In this document: positions 51,375 to 61,070 of the stretch, piece after piece | Layout of the letters: the number at the start of each line of letters is the position of its first letter | Numbering within the stretch: position 1 is the first letter of the stretch | The notes under the pieces: model-generated | What the model was told of the DNA's origin: nothing | The model's database searches: none | Seen by the model: the letters and a program-made list of their open reading frames with translations, nothing else | Source of the DNA: an uncultured Pelagibacteraceae bacterium | GTDB lineage: Bacteria; Pseudomonadota; Alphaproteobacteria; Pelagibacterales; Pelagibacteraceae | Direction: 5' to 3' | DNA: 64,000 nucleotides | Assembly: GCA_902572695.1 (NCBI GenBank) | Contig: CACGGZ010000002.1 | Coordinates: 1,914-65,913, forward strand | Position numbers and translations under genes: made by a program

Positions 51375-52867
51375 TTATTCGACTTTCCACTTAATAACGA
51401 AAGTTGAGTGATTTTCTGGTCACCTAATAAATCAGCAGGTTTTACAGGATATTCGCCAGTGAAATAATGATCACTAAACTGAGGATAAGAGTTATTTCTT
51501 TCTCCCTTTCCTAAGGCTTTGTATAAACCACTTAAAGTCAAAAACTTCAAAGATTTTGCATTAATATGTTTACACATTTCTGAATTACTTTTATTGAACG
51601 CTAATAATTCCTCTTTCGTCGGCATATCAACACCATAAAAATCAGGAAATCTTATTTCTGGACACGCAATTCTTACATGAACTTCTTTAGCACCAGAGTC
51701 ATATAGCATCTTAACAATTTTAAAACAAGTAGTACCTCTTACTAGTGAGTCATCAATTAAAATTATTGATTTATCTTTAATAATACTTTTAGTTGCACTT
51801 AATTTAAGCTTTACTCCAAAACTTCGAATACTTTGTGCCGGTTCAATAAAAGTTCTTCCTACATAATGATTTCTTATTAGACCTAACTCAAATTTAATAT
51901 TCGATTCTTTTGAAAAACCTATTGCTGCGGGCACTCCAGAGTCAGGAACAGGAACTATTATATCTGCTTTTAAATCATTTTCTTTAGCTAACTGCACCCC
52001 TAAATTTTTTCTATATTCATAAGCACACTTTCCATCAATAATGCTATCTGGTCTGGCAAAATATATATATTCAAATACACAAGGCCTTTGTTTTTGTTTA
52101 GGGAAAGGCTTTATAGAGGTAAGCTTTTTATTTTCTACTACAACTATTTCCCCATTTTCAACCTCTCTGACAAATTTCGCTCCTACTATATCCAAAGCGC
52201 AAGTCTCTGATGTGAATATATATGAGTCATTTAACTTTCCAATGACTAGTGGTCTAATTCCAAAAGGATCTCTCACTCCTATAAGTTTTTTGTTTGTCAA
52301 TATTACTAACGAATAGCCACCTTTAATCTGAAAAAGGGTATCAATTATTTTGTCAACTATTTTTCCTCTTTTTGACTTAGCTATTAATTGTACAATTGTC
52401 TCTGTATCACTTGTTGTTCTAAATATAGCGCCTTCTTTAACTAAAGTTTCTCTTAATGTAATTGCATTAGTTAAATTTCCATTATGAGAAATGCTTATAC
52501 CGCCTCCATGTAAATCTGCAAAGAAAGGCTGGATATTTCTAAGCGATGTTTCCCCTGTTGTTGAATACCTATTGTGTCCAATAGCAAAACTACCTGGCAA
52601 GCTTTCAATTACCTGGCTTTTTGTAAAGTGATCTCCTACTAAACCTTGCTTTTTTTCTGAGTGATAATTTTTTCCATCATAAGACACAATCCCACACCCT
52701 TCTTGACCCCTATGCTGTAAAGCATGCAAACCTAGAGCAACTAGTTTAGAGGAATCCTCATGATTTGATATTCCGAATATGCCACATTCTTCATTTAATT
52801 TATCAATATCAGATTTTCTCAATTCTCTCCTTTGTATCCTCGAATTCTTTAATGTCAGGAAACTCAT
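51371..52867 (-). CDS. purF: amidophosphoribosyltransferase
   Basis: Propeptide then EECGIFG (Ntn Cys), LQHRGQ, GHNRYST, HNGN, PRPP loop IDDSLVRGTT; start probably ATG 52867. Confidence 0.97.
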   Translation of the reverse strand: MSFLTLKNSRIQRRELRKSDIDKLNEECGIFGISNHEDSSKLVALGLHALQHRGQEGCGIVSYDGKNYHSEKKQGLVGDHFTKSQVIESLPGSFAIGHNRYSTTGETSLRNIQPFFADLHGGGISISHNGNLTNAITLRETLVKEGAIFRTTSDTETIVQLIAKSKRGKIVDKIIDTLFQIKGGYSLVILTNKKLIGVRDPFGIRPLVIGKLNDSYIFTSETCALDIVGAKFVREVENGEIVVVENKKLTSIKPFPKQKQRPCVFEYIYFARPDSIIDGKCAYEYRKNLGVQLAKENDLKADIIVPVPDSGVPAAIGFSKESNIKFELGLIRNHYVGRTFIEPAQSIRSFGVKLKLSATKSIIKDKSIILIDDSLVRGTTCFKIVKMLYDSGAKEVHVRIACPEIRFPDFYGVDMPTKEELLAFNKSNSEMCKHINAKSLKFLTLSGLYKALGKGERNNSYPQFSDHYFTGEYPVKPADLLGDQKITQLSLLSGKSNN

Positions 52868-53354
52868 TAACAAGAATTTCACTACTTTTTTCAACTAATT
52901 CAAAAGTTAAAGAATTCTTTATATCTATATTCCAATTATTAAAAGGGTAAAACCAATTTAAAATTGTGAATATAACTACATTTACTATATAACCTCTGAA
53001 TACACCAAAAAAAAAACCAAAAGTTTTATCCAGAGGTCCGAATCCAGTCCATTTTATTGAACTACTAAAAGCTTTTCCAATTAAAATGATTAAAAAAAGT
53101 GATACAAAATAAATAAAAATACCAAGACCAAAATTGTTTATAAAAGGAGAGTCAATATAATGTGAAACCCAAGGTTGAAACTTAGGAAACAAAAAAATTG
53201 TTATTATTAAAGCTATAATCCATTTTAAAAAAGTAATGAAGCTCAAAGTAAAACCTCTAATTGTGCATTGTATAATACTATGAGCTAAAATTAATAATAC
53301 CACACCATCAAACCATCCGATTTTAAACAACGTATTTTCTAAAATACTTTCCAT
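52809..53354 (-). CDS. cvpA: CvpA family membrane protein
   Basis: RGF..., DKTFGFFFGVFRG, four TMs, upstream of purF. Confidence 0.88.
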   Translation of the reverse strand: MESILENTLFKIGWFDGVVLLILAHSIIQCTIRGFTLSFITFLKWIIALIITIFLFPKFQPWVSHYIDSPFINNFGLGIFIYFVSLFLIILIGKAFSSSIKWTGFGPLDKTFGFFFGVFRGYIVNVVIFTILNWFYPFNNWNIDIKNSLTFELVEKSSEILVNEFPDIKEFEDTKERIEKI

Positions 53355-53363
53355 AATTTAAAA

Positions 53364-55826
53364 CTAAACACCTTTTCCAAATGGTTTAAAAGAAATAATT
53401 AGTTTTGGCAGCAAGGTTAGCACTGAGATCATTGCAAGTAACATTGCAATCCCAGTGAAAATACCAAAATAGATAGTGGGAATAAAGTTTGATAAAACTA
53501 AAATTGAGAAACCAAAAACTATAGTGATTGAAGTATTTAGTATTGCTATACCAACAGTGTTATGACATTTGTCTATTGTAAGAATATAATTATTATTTTT
53601 TTCAAACTCTTCTCTAAACCTATAAATATAATGAATACTGTTATCCACTGCTATTCCTATTGTAATTGCTGCTATAGTAATAGTCATCATGTCTAAAGGA
53701 ATTTCAAGCAAACCAATTATTCCAAGAATAAAAAAAGCAGCTAAAAAGTTTGGGACCACACCTATTAATGCTAAAACATAATTTCTAAACAATAATAAAA
53801 ACATTAAAGAGATACCTAGCATCACAATTCCTAAAGTTAATATTTGTGATTTAAATAAACTTTGAAGCAAATTGTTAAATAAAATAAGCACACCCACTAA
53901 TTTAAATTCATCCTTATTAAGTTTTAATTCTGATTCAAGGTCATTTTGAATTTTTCTTATTAATTTATCTCTTCTTAAATCTTCTAATGAATCTTTTATT
54001 CTTACACTAATTCTGGCTTCATCATTTTCTACTGAAATATAAGGTGAAATTATTTGACTCTTTATACTTTCTGGGATCTTACTATAAAGAACTGCTATTT
54101 CTAAACTTTGCAGAGGTTTTTTATTCAAATCTTCAGCGACTCTAATTATAGAACCAAATGACAAAACTTTTCCTATTTCAGGAAGAGTATCTAAATAGTC
54201 GTGCACATTTAGAATTTTATCAATCTTGTTTCTCGTAAACCAATAAGCAGCCTTATCGCTTTGATCCTCTTCTTCCCACTCTTCAAACTCATTATCATTA
54301 TTTAAACTTTTCTCCTCTTTTTTTGCAAATTTTATGATAATTTCCAAAGGAGTAGTACCACCTAAATCATCGTCAATTTTTTTCATACCTTTATAAATCT
54401 CAGTTTCTTTATCAAAATAATTTATAAAACTATTCTCAACTTCTAATTTTAGAATTCCAACCATGCTTACAATTATTATAAAAAATGTAATCACATACAC
54501 AGTGTAATTTGCCTTTTTAGCGATGTTAGCCAAGAAATTTGTAATTATGGATTTTTTTGTTTTTTGAAGTTCAATATCATCGTCATTTGAAAACACCATT
54601 ATAAGAGAAGGCAATAGATAAAATGTAACAATTAATGATACACTAAGACCTAGTGTCATCATCCATCCAAAGTCGATAATTGGTTTTATCCCGCTAAATA
54701 TTAATGAAAGAAATGCGCAAATTGTAGTCAAGACAGTATAAAAAATTGGGTAAAACATTTTTTTACTTGTTTCAACAATTGTATCTAATTTAGAAATACT
54801 TAAGTTTTCTTTTTTTAATTGAAGAAATCTAACAGTAAAATGAATATTCATTGCCATGTTAAGTATTAACATTAGAGCAATGAAATTTGATGAAATAACT
54901 GTAACCTTCCAGCCTATAAAACCTAACAAACCCATCATATAGATTACAGATGTAATACATCCAGCTAATGGTACTATTACCCACTTGATATTTTTAAAAA
55001 TAAACCAGAGAGTAGTTATAATAAATAAAAATACACCCACACCAAAGACAATTATGTCTTTTTTAATAAATGTCATCATATCGTCAGCAATCATGGGAAT
55101 GCCCCCGAGATGTATTTTTGCGTTTTCACCATATTTACTTATTACCTCTCTTATTTCATTTATATTTTGATGATTTCTTTTGTTATATAGATTTTTGTAA
55201 TCTTCATATTCTTTTAGAAAAATTTTATATTTTTCCTTCTCTTTATCGTTTAATGATTTATTTTGAATTGAAGTAAAGTAATTATTTTTAATTTTAATAT
55301 ATTCTTTTAATCTTTGATCTTCTTTTAGATAAACTACAATAGCGGAGGTTTTGCCGTTACTACTTACAACATAATCTTTATAAATTGGACTTTTAAGAAT
55401 TTCTTCTAGACCACGAGTTTTATCAATTTCTGGATGGGATAATGTTTTATAATTTTTTAACCTTTCCATTAAAGGTTCATCACTACTTTTTAATAATGGA
55501 ACATCAATAATTGTAATTACGCTATCAACCCAAGTGAGTTGTTCTATTTTAGTTTTAAAAAATTGTAAATTTACAATTGTTTCGTCTTCTGTAAAGCTAG
55601 AAATTGGAGTATACGTTAAAAATAAATACTCTTTAGAACCATATCTTTCATTTATCTCTCTTAGGTAGCTTAAATCTTTATCACCCTCCAATAATAAAGC
55701 ATCAGACGAGGCATCTAGATTAAAATTTTTTGAGAAAAATAAAGCAATTAGTAAAAGAGCTGAAATAACAATTAAATTAAATTTAGATAAACTATTTATT
55801 GTAAATTTGTAAGCTTTATGAAACAT
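53364..55826 (-). CDS. MMPL/RND-superfamily transporter
   Basis: Two repeats of a periplasmic domain plus TM block; GIAVDNSIH, LGGTTPLEI, TTICAFLSL. Confidence 0.85.
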   Translation of the reverse strand: MFHKAYKFTINSLSKFNLIVISALLLIALFFSKNFNLDASSDALLLEGDKDLSYLREINERYGSKEYLFLTYTPISSFTEDETIVNLQFFKTKIEQLTWVDSVITIIDVPLLKSSDEPLMERLKNYKTLSHPEIDKTRGLEEILKSPIYKDYVVSSNGKTSAIVVYLKEDQRLKEYIKIKNNYFTSIQNKSLNDKEKEKYKIFLKEYEDYKNLYNKRNHQNINEIREVISKYGENAKIHLGGIPMIADDMMTFIKKDIIVFGVGVFLFIITTLWFIFKNIKWVIVPLAGCITSVIYMMGLLGFIGWKVTVISSNFIALMLILNMAMNIHFTVRFLQLKKENLSISKLDTIVETSKKMFYPIFYTVLTTICAFLSLIFSGIKPIIDFGWMMTLGLSVSLIVTFYLLPSLIMVFSNDDDIELQKTKKSIITNFLANIAKKANYTVYVITFFIIIVSMVGILKLEVENSFINYFDKETEIYKGMKKIDDDLGGTTPLEIIIKFAKKEEKSLNNDNEFEEWEEEDQSDKAAYWFTRNKIDKILNVHDYLDTLPEIGKVLSFGSIIRVAEDLNKKPLQSLEIAVLYSKIPESIKSQIISPYISVENDEARISVRIKDSLEDLRRDKLIRKIQNDLESELKLNKDEFKLVGVLILFNNLLQSLFKSQILTLGIVMLGISLMFLLLFRNYVLALIGVVPNFLAAFFILGIIGLLEIPLDMMTITIAAITIGIAVDNSIHYIYRFREEFEKNNNYILTIDKCHNTVGIAILNTSITIVFGFSILVLSNFIPTIYFGIFTGIAMLLAMISVLTLLPKLIISFKPFGKGV

Positions 55827-55882
55827 ATAAATTTATTAGATATATCTCACTTATATATAATATCTTAAAAACAATATACTGA

Positions 55883-57310
55883 TTATTTTTTTGTCAAATC
55901 TTTAAATTTTGTATACATACCTTCAAACTCAACATGTATATTTCCAGTAGGTCCGTGACGTTGTTTACCTATTATTATTTCAGCTAATCCAGAAACATCA
56001 TTCATTTTGGATTGCCATTCTGCGTGCTCAATCGACCCTAATTTTGGTTGTTTTTTTTCCAGATAATACTCATCCCTATAAACAAAAAGCACGACGTCAG
56101 CATCTTGTTCTATTGAACCCGACTCTCTTAAGTCAGCTAATTGTGGTTTTTTTTCATCTCTTTGCTCCACAGCCCTTGAGAGCTGAGATAAAGCTAAGAC
56201 AGGTACATTTAACTCCTTTGCCAAAGCCTTTAGGCCCTGAGTTATTTCTGATATTTCTTGTACTCGATTATCATAACGATTATTTTTAACTCTCATTAAT
56301 TGAATATAATCAACAACAACTAAGTCTAATCCAAAAAGTCTTTTTATACGTCTGGCTCTGTTACTTAAGGTAGATATTGTAATCGCTGGAGTTTCATCTA
56401 TATAAAGTGGTAAATCATATATATCCCTTGACGTCTCAATATACCTATCCAACTCTTCAGAGGTAGCTTTACCTCTTCTGATATCGTTTGATATTATTCT
56501 AGCTTGTTCTGACAAAATTCTCGTTGATAATTGCTCAGAGGACATTTCAAGAGAAAAAAAAGCTACAGATGATTTTTCTTGGGACTCTTTAATTTTTTTT
56601 GCAGCAAAATAAGCTATGTTTGTCGCTAATGCAGTTTTACCCATAGATGGTCTGCCTGCAATTATTACTAAGTCCGATTTATGAAGACCACCTAATTTTT
56701 CATCCAAATCACTTAGACCAGTTGGAACCCCCACAATACCCTTTTCATTCTTAACTGCCAGAGTTGCCATTTTTATAGTTTCATCTAACGCTTGATTAAA
56801 TTTAATAAACGTTTGAGAAAAATTACCTCTTTCTGCCAAATCAAAAAGAGATTTTTCAGCTTCTTCAATAATTATTTCAGAGGTTTTATCATCTTTAACA
56901 TTCACAGAGTCATATTTTATATCTTCTGAAATATTTATAAGTTGTCTTTTTATATAATTTTCATGAATAATTTTGGAGTAATCTACTGCTTGTTTTACTG
57001 ATGAAGAGAATCTTGTAAGTTTTATCAAATATTCAACTCCACCAACATCTTTTAAACCTCCATCATTTTCAAAAAAATTTTTTAAAGTTATAGGATTAGC
57101 TATCATGCCTTTAGCATTCAAATTTTCAATTGTTTCAAAAATCTTTACATGCACTGGATCATAAAACTTGCTAGAATTTACAATATTTGATATTTCATCT
57201 AAGATCTCATTGTTTACTAATACAGATCCAATCAATGACTGTTCCGCTTCTATATTGTGAGGAATATTAGAATGGTTTTCTTTTTTTTGATTTACTTCAA
57301 CTTGCTGCAT
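55883..57310 (-). CDS. dnaB: replicative DNA helicase
   Basis: PHNIEAEQ, AGRPSMGKT, SLEMS, VDYIQL, LSQLSR, LRESGSIEQDAD, KQRHGP; no intein. Confidence 0.98.
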   Translation of the reverse strand: MQQVEVNQKKENHSNIPHNIEAEQSLIGSVLVNNEILDEISNIVNSSKFYDPVHVKIFETIENLNAKGMIANPITLKNFFENDGGLKDVGGVEYLIKLTRFSSSVKQAVDYSKIIHENYIKRQLINISEDIKYDSVNVKDDKTSEIIIEEAEKSLFDLAERGNFSQTFIKFNQALDETIKMATLAVKNEKGIVGVPTGLSDLDEKLGGLHKSDLVIIAGRPSMGKTALATNIAYFAAKKIKESQEKSSVAFFSLEMSSEQLSTRILSEQARIISNDIRRGKATSEELDRYIETSRDIYDLPLYIDETPAITISTLSNRARRIKRLFGLDLVVVDYIQLMRVKNNRYDNRVQEISEITQGLKALAKELNVPVLALSQLSRAVEQRDEKKPQLADLRESGSIEQDADVVLFVYRDEYYLEKKQPKLGSIEHAEWQSKMNDVSGLAEIIIGKQRHGPTGNIHVEFEGMYTKFKDLTKK

Positions 57311-57373
57311 AATTAAATAATAATAGATATTTAGACAGACATGTTAAAAAAGTTACACACTGTTTTTTCAACC

Positions 57374-57382
57374 TGTGGAAAA
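57374..57382 (-). promoter_or_regulatory. DnaA box upstream of dnaB
   Basis: TGTGGAAAA = TTTTCCACA on the minus strand (matches TTWTNCACA), next to an inverted degenerate copy TTTTCAACC (57365-73). Confidence 0.55.
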
Positions 57383-57395
57383 GTTGTTTTATAGA

Positions 57396-57839
57396 TTATT
57401 TATTAATTTCAATAATTAACTTAGCAGATACCTCAGAAAAAAGATCTAACTGAATTTTAAACGATCCAATTTTATTAAGGTCTTCCTTTAATACAATCTG
57501 AGAAGGAGCAACATCTGTTTTAAAATTTTTATTAATCTGCGATGCTATCTCTCTAGGCTTAAGCGAGGCATATAATTCTCCGTTATCTTTGCTTTCCTTG
57601 GTGAATTTAATCTTTTTATTATTTATTATTGATGCAATTTCTTTAAATTTTCTTTTTAATTCATTATTTTTTTTTGTAAGCTCATCTTTCTTTTTATTTA
57701 CATAATCCACGTTTTCCTTATTTACTCTTAAAGCTTTATTAAATTTTAATAAATAATTTCTTCCGAATCCATTTTTTACATTTACTTGATCGCCAATCTT
57801 TCCCAATTTTGAAATATTTTCTAATAGTATTACTTGCAT
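57396..57839 (-). CDS. rplI: 50S ribosomal protein L9
   Basis: MQVILLENISKLGKIGDQVNVKNGFGRNYL. Confidence 0.96.
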   Translation of the reverse strand: MQVILLENISKLGKIGDQVNVKNGFGRNYLLKFNKALRVNKENVDYVNKKKDELTKKNNELKRKFKEIASIINNKKIKFTKESKDNGELYASLKPREIASQINKNFKTDVAPSQIVLKEDLNKIGSFKIQLDLFSEVSAKLIIEINK

Positions 57840-58114
57840 TATAATAAACCTAAAATTTGAGCTTTTTTTATTTCTTTAGCTAACTTTTTTTGGTTTCCTA
57901 AAGAAACTCCAGTTATTCTTGATGATAAAATTTTATTACTTTCCGTTACGTATTTTCTTAAGAGTTTTATATTTTTATAATCTATTATTGGAGCATCCTT
58001 TATAGAGAAAGGACATTTTTTTGAAAATCGCACATCATTCTTCTGAAAAAGACTGAGTTTATTCAGTGGATTTTGACTTCTTTTTTTATTTATTTTTTTT
58101 TTATTTCTTTTCAT
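57839..58114 (-). CDS. rpsR: 30S ribosomal protein S18
   Basis: CPF....IDYKN..LL.KYVTE..KILSSRITG...QKKL..EIKKA..LGLL. Confidence 0.93.
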   Translation of the reverse strand: MKRNKKKINKKRSQNPLNKLSLFQKNDVRFSKKCPFSIKDAPIIDYKNIKLLRKYVTESNKILSSRITGVSLGNQKKLAKEIKKAQILGLL

Positions 58115-58430
58115 TTTTATTAAAGTACTCTTTGCTCAAATCGAGCTTTTTATATTTAATAGTCAAAAATCTTAATATAGAACCATCGACTTTAGTATTC
58201 TTTTTAATATTGTTAAGAGTATCATTTGTTCCTTCAAACTTATAATGAATGTAAAAACCCTTATTGTATTTTTTAATTTTTCTAGCGAAATTTAAAATAC
58301 CCCATTTTTCCACTTTAAGAACTTTTCCAGAATTGTCATTAATTACACTGGCATATTTTTCTTCAACTGCTTTAAGATCGTTTTGTGAAAGATCTTGTCT
58401 AGCAATAATAGTGTGCTCGTAAAAATTCAT
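58101..58430 (-). CDS. rpsF: 30S ribosomal protein S6
   Basis: YEHTIIARQDL, EKWG...ARKIKK..KGFY, ILRFL; rpsF-rpsR-rplI order. Confidence 0.94.
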   Translation of the reverse strand: MNFYEHTIIARQDLSQNDLKAVEEKYASVINDNSGKVLKVEKWGILNFARKIKKYNKGFYIHYKFEGTNDTLNNIKKNTKVDGSILRFLTIKYKKLDLSKEYFNKNEKK

Positions 58431-58456
58431 ATAATTTTTTAAATATTTCGTGCGGT

Positions 58457-58485
58457 TTTATACTATTATAAAATAAGCTTTTCAA
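58457..58485 (-). promoter_or_regulatory. sigma70 promoter of the rpsF operon
   Basis: Minus strand TTGAAA-N17-TATAAA followed by GC-rich ACCGCACG. Confidence 0.55.
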
Positions 58486-58515
58486 CATGATAATATATGT
58501 ATATTAAAGTAATAA

Positions 58516-59445
58516 ATGAAAGCACTTTTGTTTCCAGGTCAGGGTTCTCAATCAGTTGGGATGGCAAGGGAATTTCATAATGAATTTAAAATTGTAAAGA
58601 GTATTTTTGAAGAAGCGGATGACAACCTGAAATTTAATTTAAGTAAAATAATTTTAGATGGTCCTGAAGAAGCTTTAAAGCTTACAAAAAATACTCAACC
58701 TGCAATTCTAACTGCTAGCTTTTCAATTTTTGAGGTTTTAAAAAAAGAATTTAATTATGATTTTGATAAAGTAAAATTTCACGCAGGCCATTCATTAGGT
58801 GAATATAGCGCCCTACTTTGTGCTGAAGCATTAAATTTTTCAGATACGATTAAATTAGTTTATGAGAGGGGCTTAGCAATGCAAGAGGCCGTCCCAGTCG
58901 GGAAGGGAGCCATGCTAGCAATTATAAATACTCCTGTTAATGAGTTAGAAAAAATTTTAAAAGAAAATAGAACTGACAAAGAAATAATTGAAATAGCAAA
59001 CGATAATAATAATAGCCAAATCATTGTAAGTGGGGAAACAAATCCGATAAATAAATTAAAATCATACTGCCAAAACAATAAAATAAAAAATATATTGCTA
59101 CCAGTGAGCGCTCCATTTCACTGCTCCCTAATGAAAGCTGCTTCTGATAGAATGAAAGATAAAATAAACAGTACCGTTTTTAAAAAACCAAAAAAAGAGA
59201 TTATAGTAAATGTAAATGCCACACCTTGCAGCTCTCCAGATGAATTTAAAAAACTGCTTATTAAACAAATTTTTTCTCGAGTTAGATGGAGAGAGAGTAT
59301 TATCTATATGATAGAAAATGGGGTAAATGAATTTTTAGAAATTGGACCTGGAAAAGTATTAACAGGCCTTATGAGAAGGATTTCAAAGGATACTAAAAAC
59401 TTTAGTATAAATTCAATTAGTGATATTAAAAGTATAAATGTTTAA
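58516..59445 (+). CDS. fabD: malonyl-CoA:ACP transacylase
   Basis: FPGQGSQ, TQPAI, GHSLGEY, VSAPFH, EIGPG. Confidence 0.97.
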   Translation: MKALLFPGQGSQSVGMAREFHNEFKIVKSIFEEADDNLKFNLSKIILDGPEEALKLTKNTQPAILTASFSIFEVLKKEFNYDFDKVKFHAGHSLGEYSALLCAEALNFSDTIKLVYERGLAMQEAVPVGKGAMLAIINTPVNELEKILKENRTDKEIIEIANDNNNSQIIVSGETNPINKLKSYCQNNKIKNILLPVSAPFHCSLMKAASDRMKDKINSTVFKKPKKEIIVNVNATPCSSPDEFKKLLIKQIFSRVRWRESIIYMIENGVNEFLEIGPGKVLTGLMRRISKDTKNFSINSISDIKSINV

Positions 59446-60172
59446 TTTAAAAGATAAAAAAGTTTTAATCACTGGAGCCACTGGAGGGATTGGAAACTCT
59501 TTGGTTAAAAAATTTTTAGATTTAAATGCAACAGTTTTAGCTACGGGAACAAAAAAAGAAAAATTAGATCAATTAACTAAACAATTTTCTCAAATAAAAA
59601 TAATTGATTTTAAACTAGATCAACATTCAAATATTGAAAAATTTATAGAGAAATGCCATGAGGTTTTAGGCGGTCTCGATATTTTGATTAATAACGCTGG
59701 TATTAATTCTGATAATATATCTCTAAGATTAACCGAACAAGATTGGAAAAAAGTGATTGATTTAAATTTAACATCTACTTTTTTAATGTGCAAATATTCT
59801 GTAAAAAAAATGCTCAAACAAAAAAAAGGAAAAATAATTAATATAACTTCCATTGTTGGGCATACAGGGAATGTTGGTCAAGCGAATTACTCCGCATCAA
59901 AAGCTGGAATTGTAGCATTCTCAAAAAGTTTAGCTTTGGAATATTCTAGAAAAAAAATTAATGTTAATTGTATTTCCCCGGGTTTTATACAAACTGATAT
60001 GACTGATAAAATTAATGAAGAATTCAAAAAAAAATTAATTGACAGGATTCCTTCTGGAGATCTTGGATTTGGTGAAGACGTATCAAATTGTGCAGCATTT
60101 CTAGCATCAGATTTGTCTAATTATATCACTGGAGAAACTATACATGTTAATGGCGGTATGTATATGTCTTGA
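59438..60172 (+). CDS. fabG: 3-oxoacyl-ACP reductase
   Basis: [33 protein letters not shown]. Confidence 0.96.
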   Translation: MFNLKDKKVLITGATGGIGNSLVKKFLDLNATVLATGTKKEKLDQLTKQFSQIKIIDFKLDQHSNIEKFIEKCHEVLGGLDILINNAGINSDNISLRLTEQDWKKVIDLNLTSTFLMCKYSVKKMLKQKKGKIINITSIVGHTGNVGQANYSASKAGIVAFSKSLALEYSRKKINVNCISPGFIQTDMTDKINEEFKKKLIDRIPSGDLGFGEDVSNCAAFLASDLSNYITGETIHVNGGMYMS

Positions 60173-60230
60173 CAATTGTAATGAATTCTTTAATAAGAAA
60201 TTACGTTTAAATCAATATAGGATTAATTTT

Positions 60231-60467
60231 ATGTCAGAAATAGGATCAAAGGTAAAAAAAATAGTTGCAGACCACCTAGGAGTAGAAGTTGAAAAAGTTG
60301 TTGACGAAGCAAGTTTTATCGACGATTTAGGAGCTGACAGTTTAGACACTGTGGAGCTTGTGATGGCTTTCGAAGAAGAGTTTGGGTCTGAGATTTCAGA
60401 TAGTGAAGCAGAAAAAATTCTTACAGTAGGTGACGCAATAAAGTTTATTGAAAGTAAATCTTCGTAA
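60231..60467 (+). CDS. acpP: acyl carrier protein
   Basis: [20 protein letters not shown]; start ATG 60231 with AGGA SD; TTGACA at 60169 upstream. Confidence 0.97.
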   Translation: MSEIGSKVKKIVADHLGVEVEKVVDEASFIDDLGADSLDTVELVMAFEEEFGSEISDSEAEKILTVGDAIKFIESKSS

Positions 60468-60473
60468 ATTTTA

Positions 60474-61070
60474 ATGAGCATCAAGGAAGAGTGTGTTTTA
60501 CTAATCCTTTCCTCTCCATCTGGTGCAGGTAAGACCAGTTTGTCAAAAAAAATAAAAGAAGAAATCAAAAATTTCGAAATTTCAATATCTCACACAACTA
60601 GAAAACCTAGAAATGATGAGGTTAACGGTAAAGATTATCATTTTATTTCCAAAGAAGAATTTTTAAAAAAAATTAACAATAATGAATTTTACGAATATGC
60701 AAAAATATACGACAATTATTACGGAACCTCAAAAAAAGCTGTAAACGATCTATTGGAAAAAAATAAAAATATAATATTCGATATCGATTGGCAAGGTACA
60801 CAGCAATTAGTCAAATTTTCAAATTTAAAATTTTTAAAAGTTTTTTTACTTCCACCAAATAAAAACGAATTAGAAAAAAGATTAATAAATAGAAATAAAG
60901 ATAGCGATAAATCACTTTCAAAAAGACTCAAAGCATACGAGGAAGATAAACTTCATTGGAAAGAATATGATATGGTTTTGGTAAATAAAGATCTAGAAAT
61001 TTGTTACTCTCAATTAAAAAAAATAATTAAAAATTATTCAAATAAATTTCAGTTACCCTCTTTTTCATAA
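60474..61070 (+). CDS. gmk: guanylate kinase
   Basis: SPSGAGKT, SHTTRKPR..E.NGKDYHF, NYYGT, DIDWQG. Confidence 0.96.
   Translation: MSIKEECVLLILSSPSGAGKTSLSKKIKEEIKNFEISISHTTRKPRNDEVNGKDYHFISKEEFLKKINNNEFYEYAKIYDNYYGTSKKAVNDLLEKNKNIIFDIDWQGTQQLVKFSNLKFLKVFLLPPNKNELEKRLINRNKDSDKSLSKRLKAYEEDKLHWKEYDMVLVNKDLEICYSQLKKIIKNYSNKFQLPSFS

Noticed and set aside
57311-57395. Replication origin at the DnaA box near dnaB
   Set aside because: Only one consensus box in 85 nt and no extended box cluster or unwinding region
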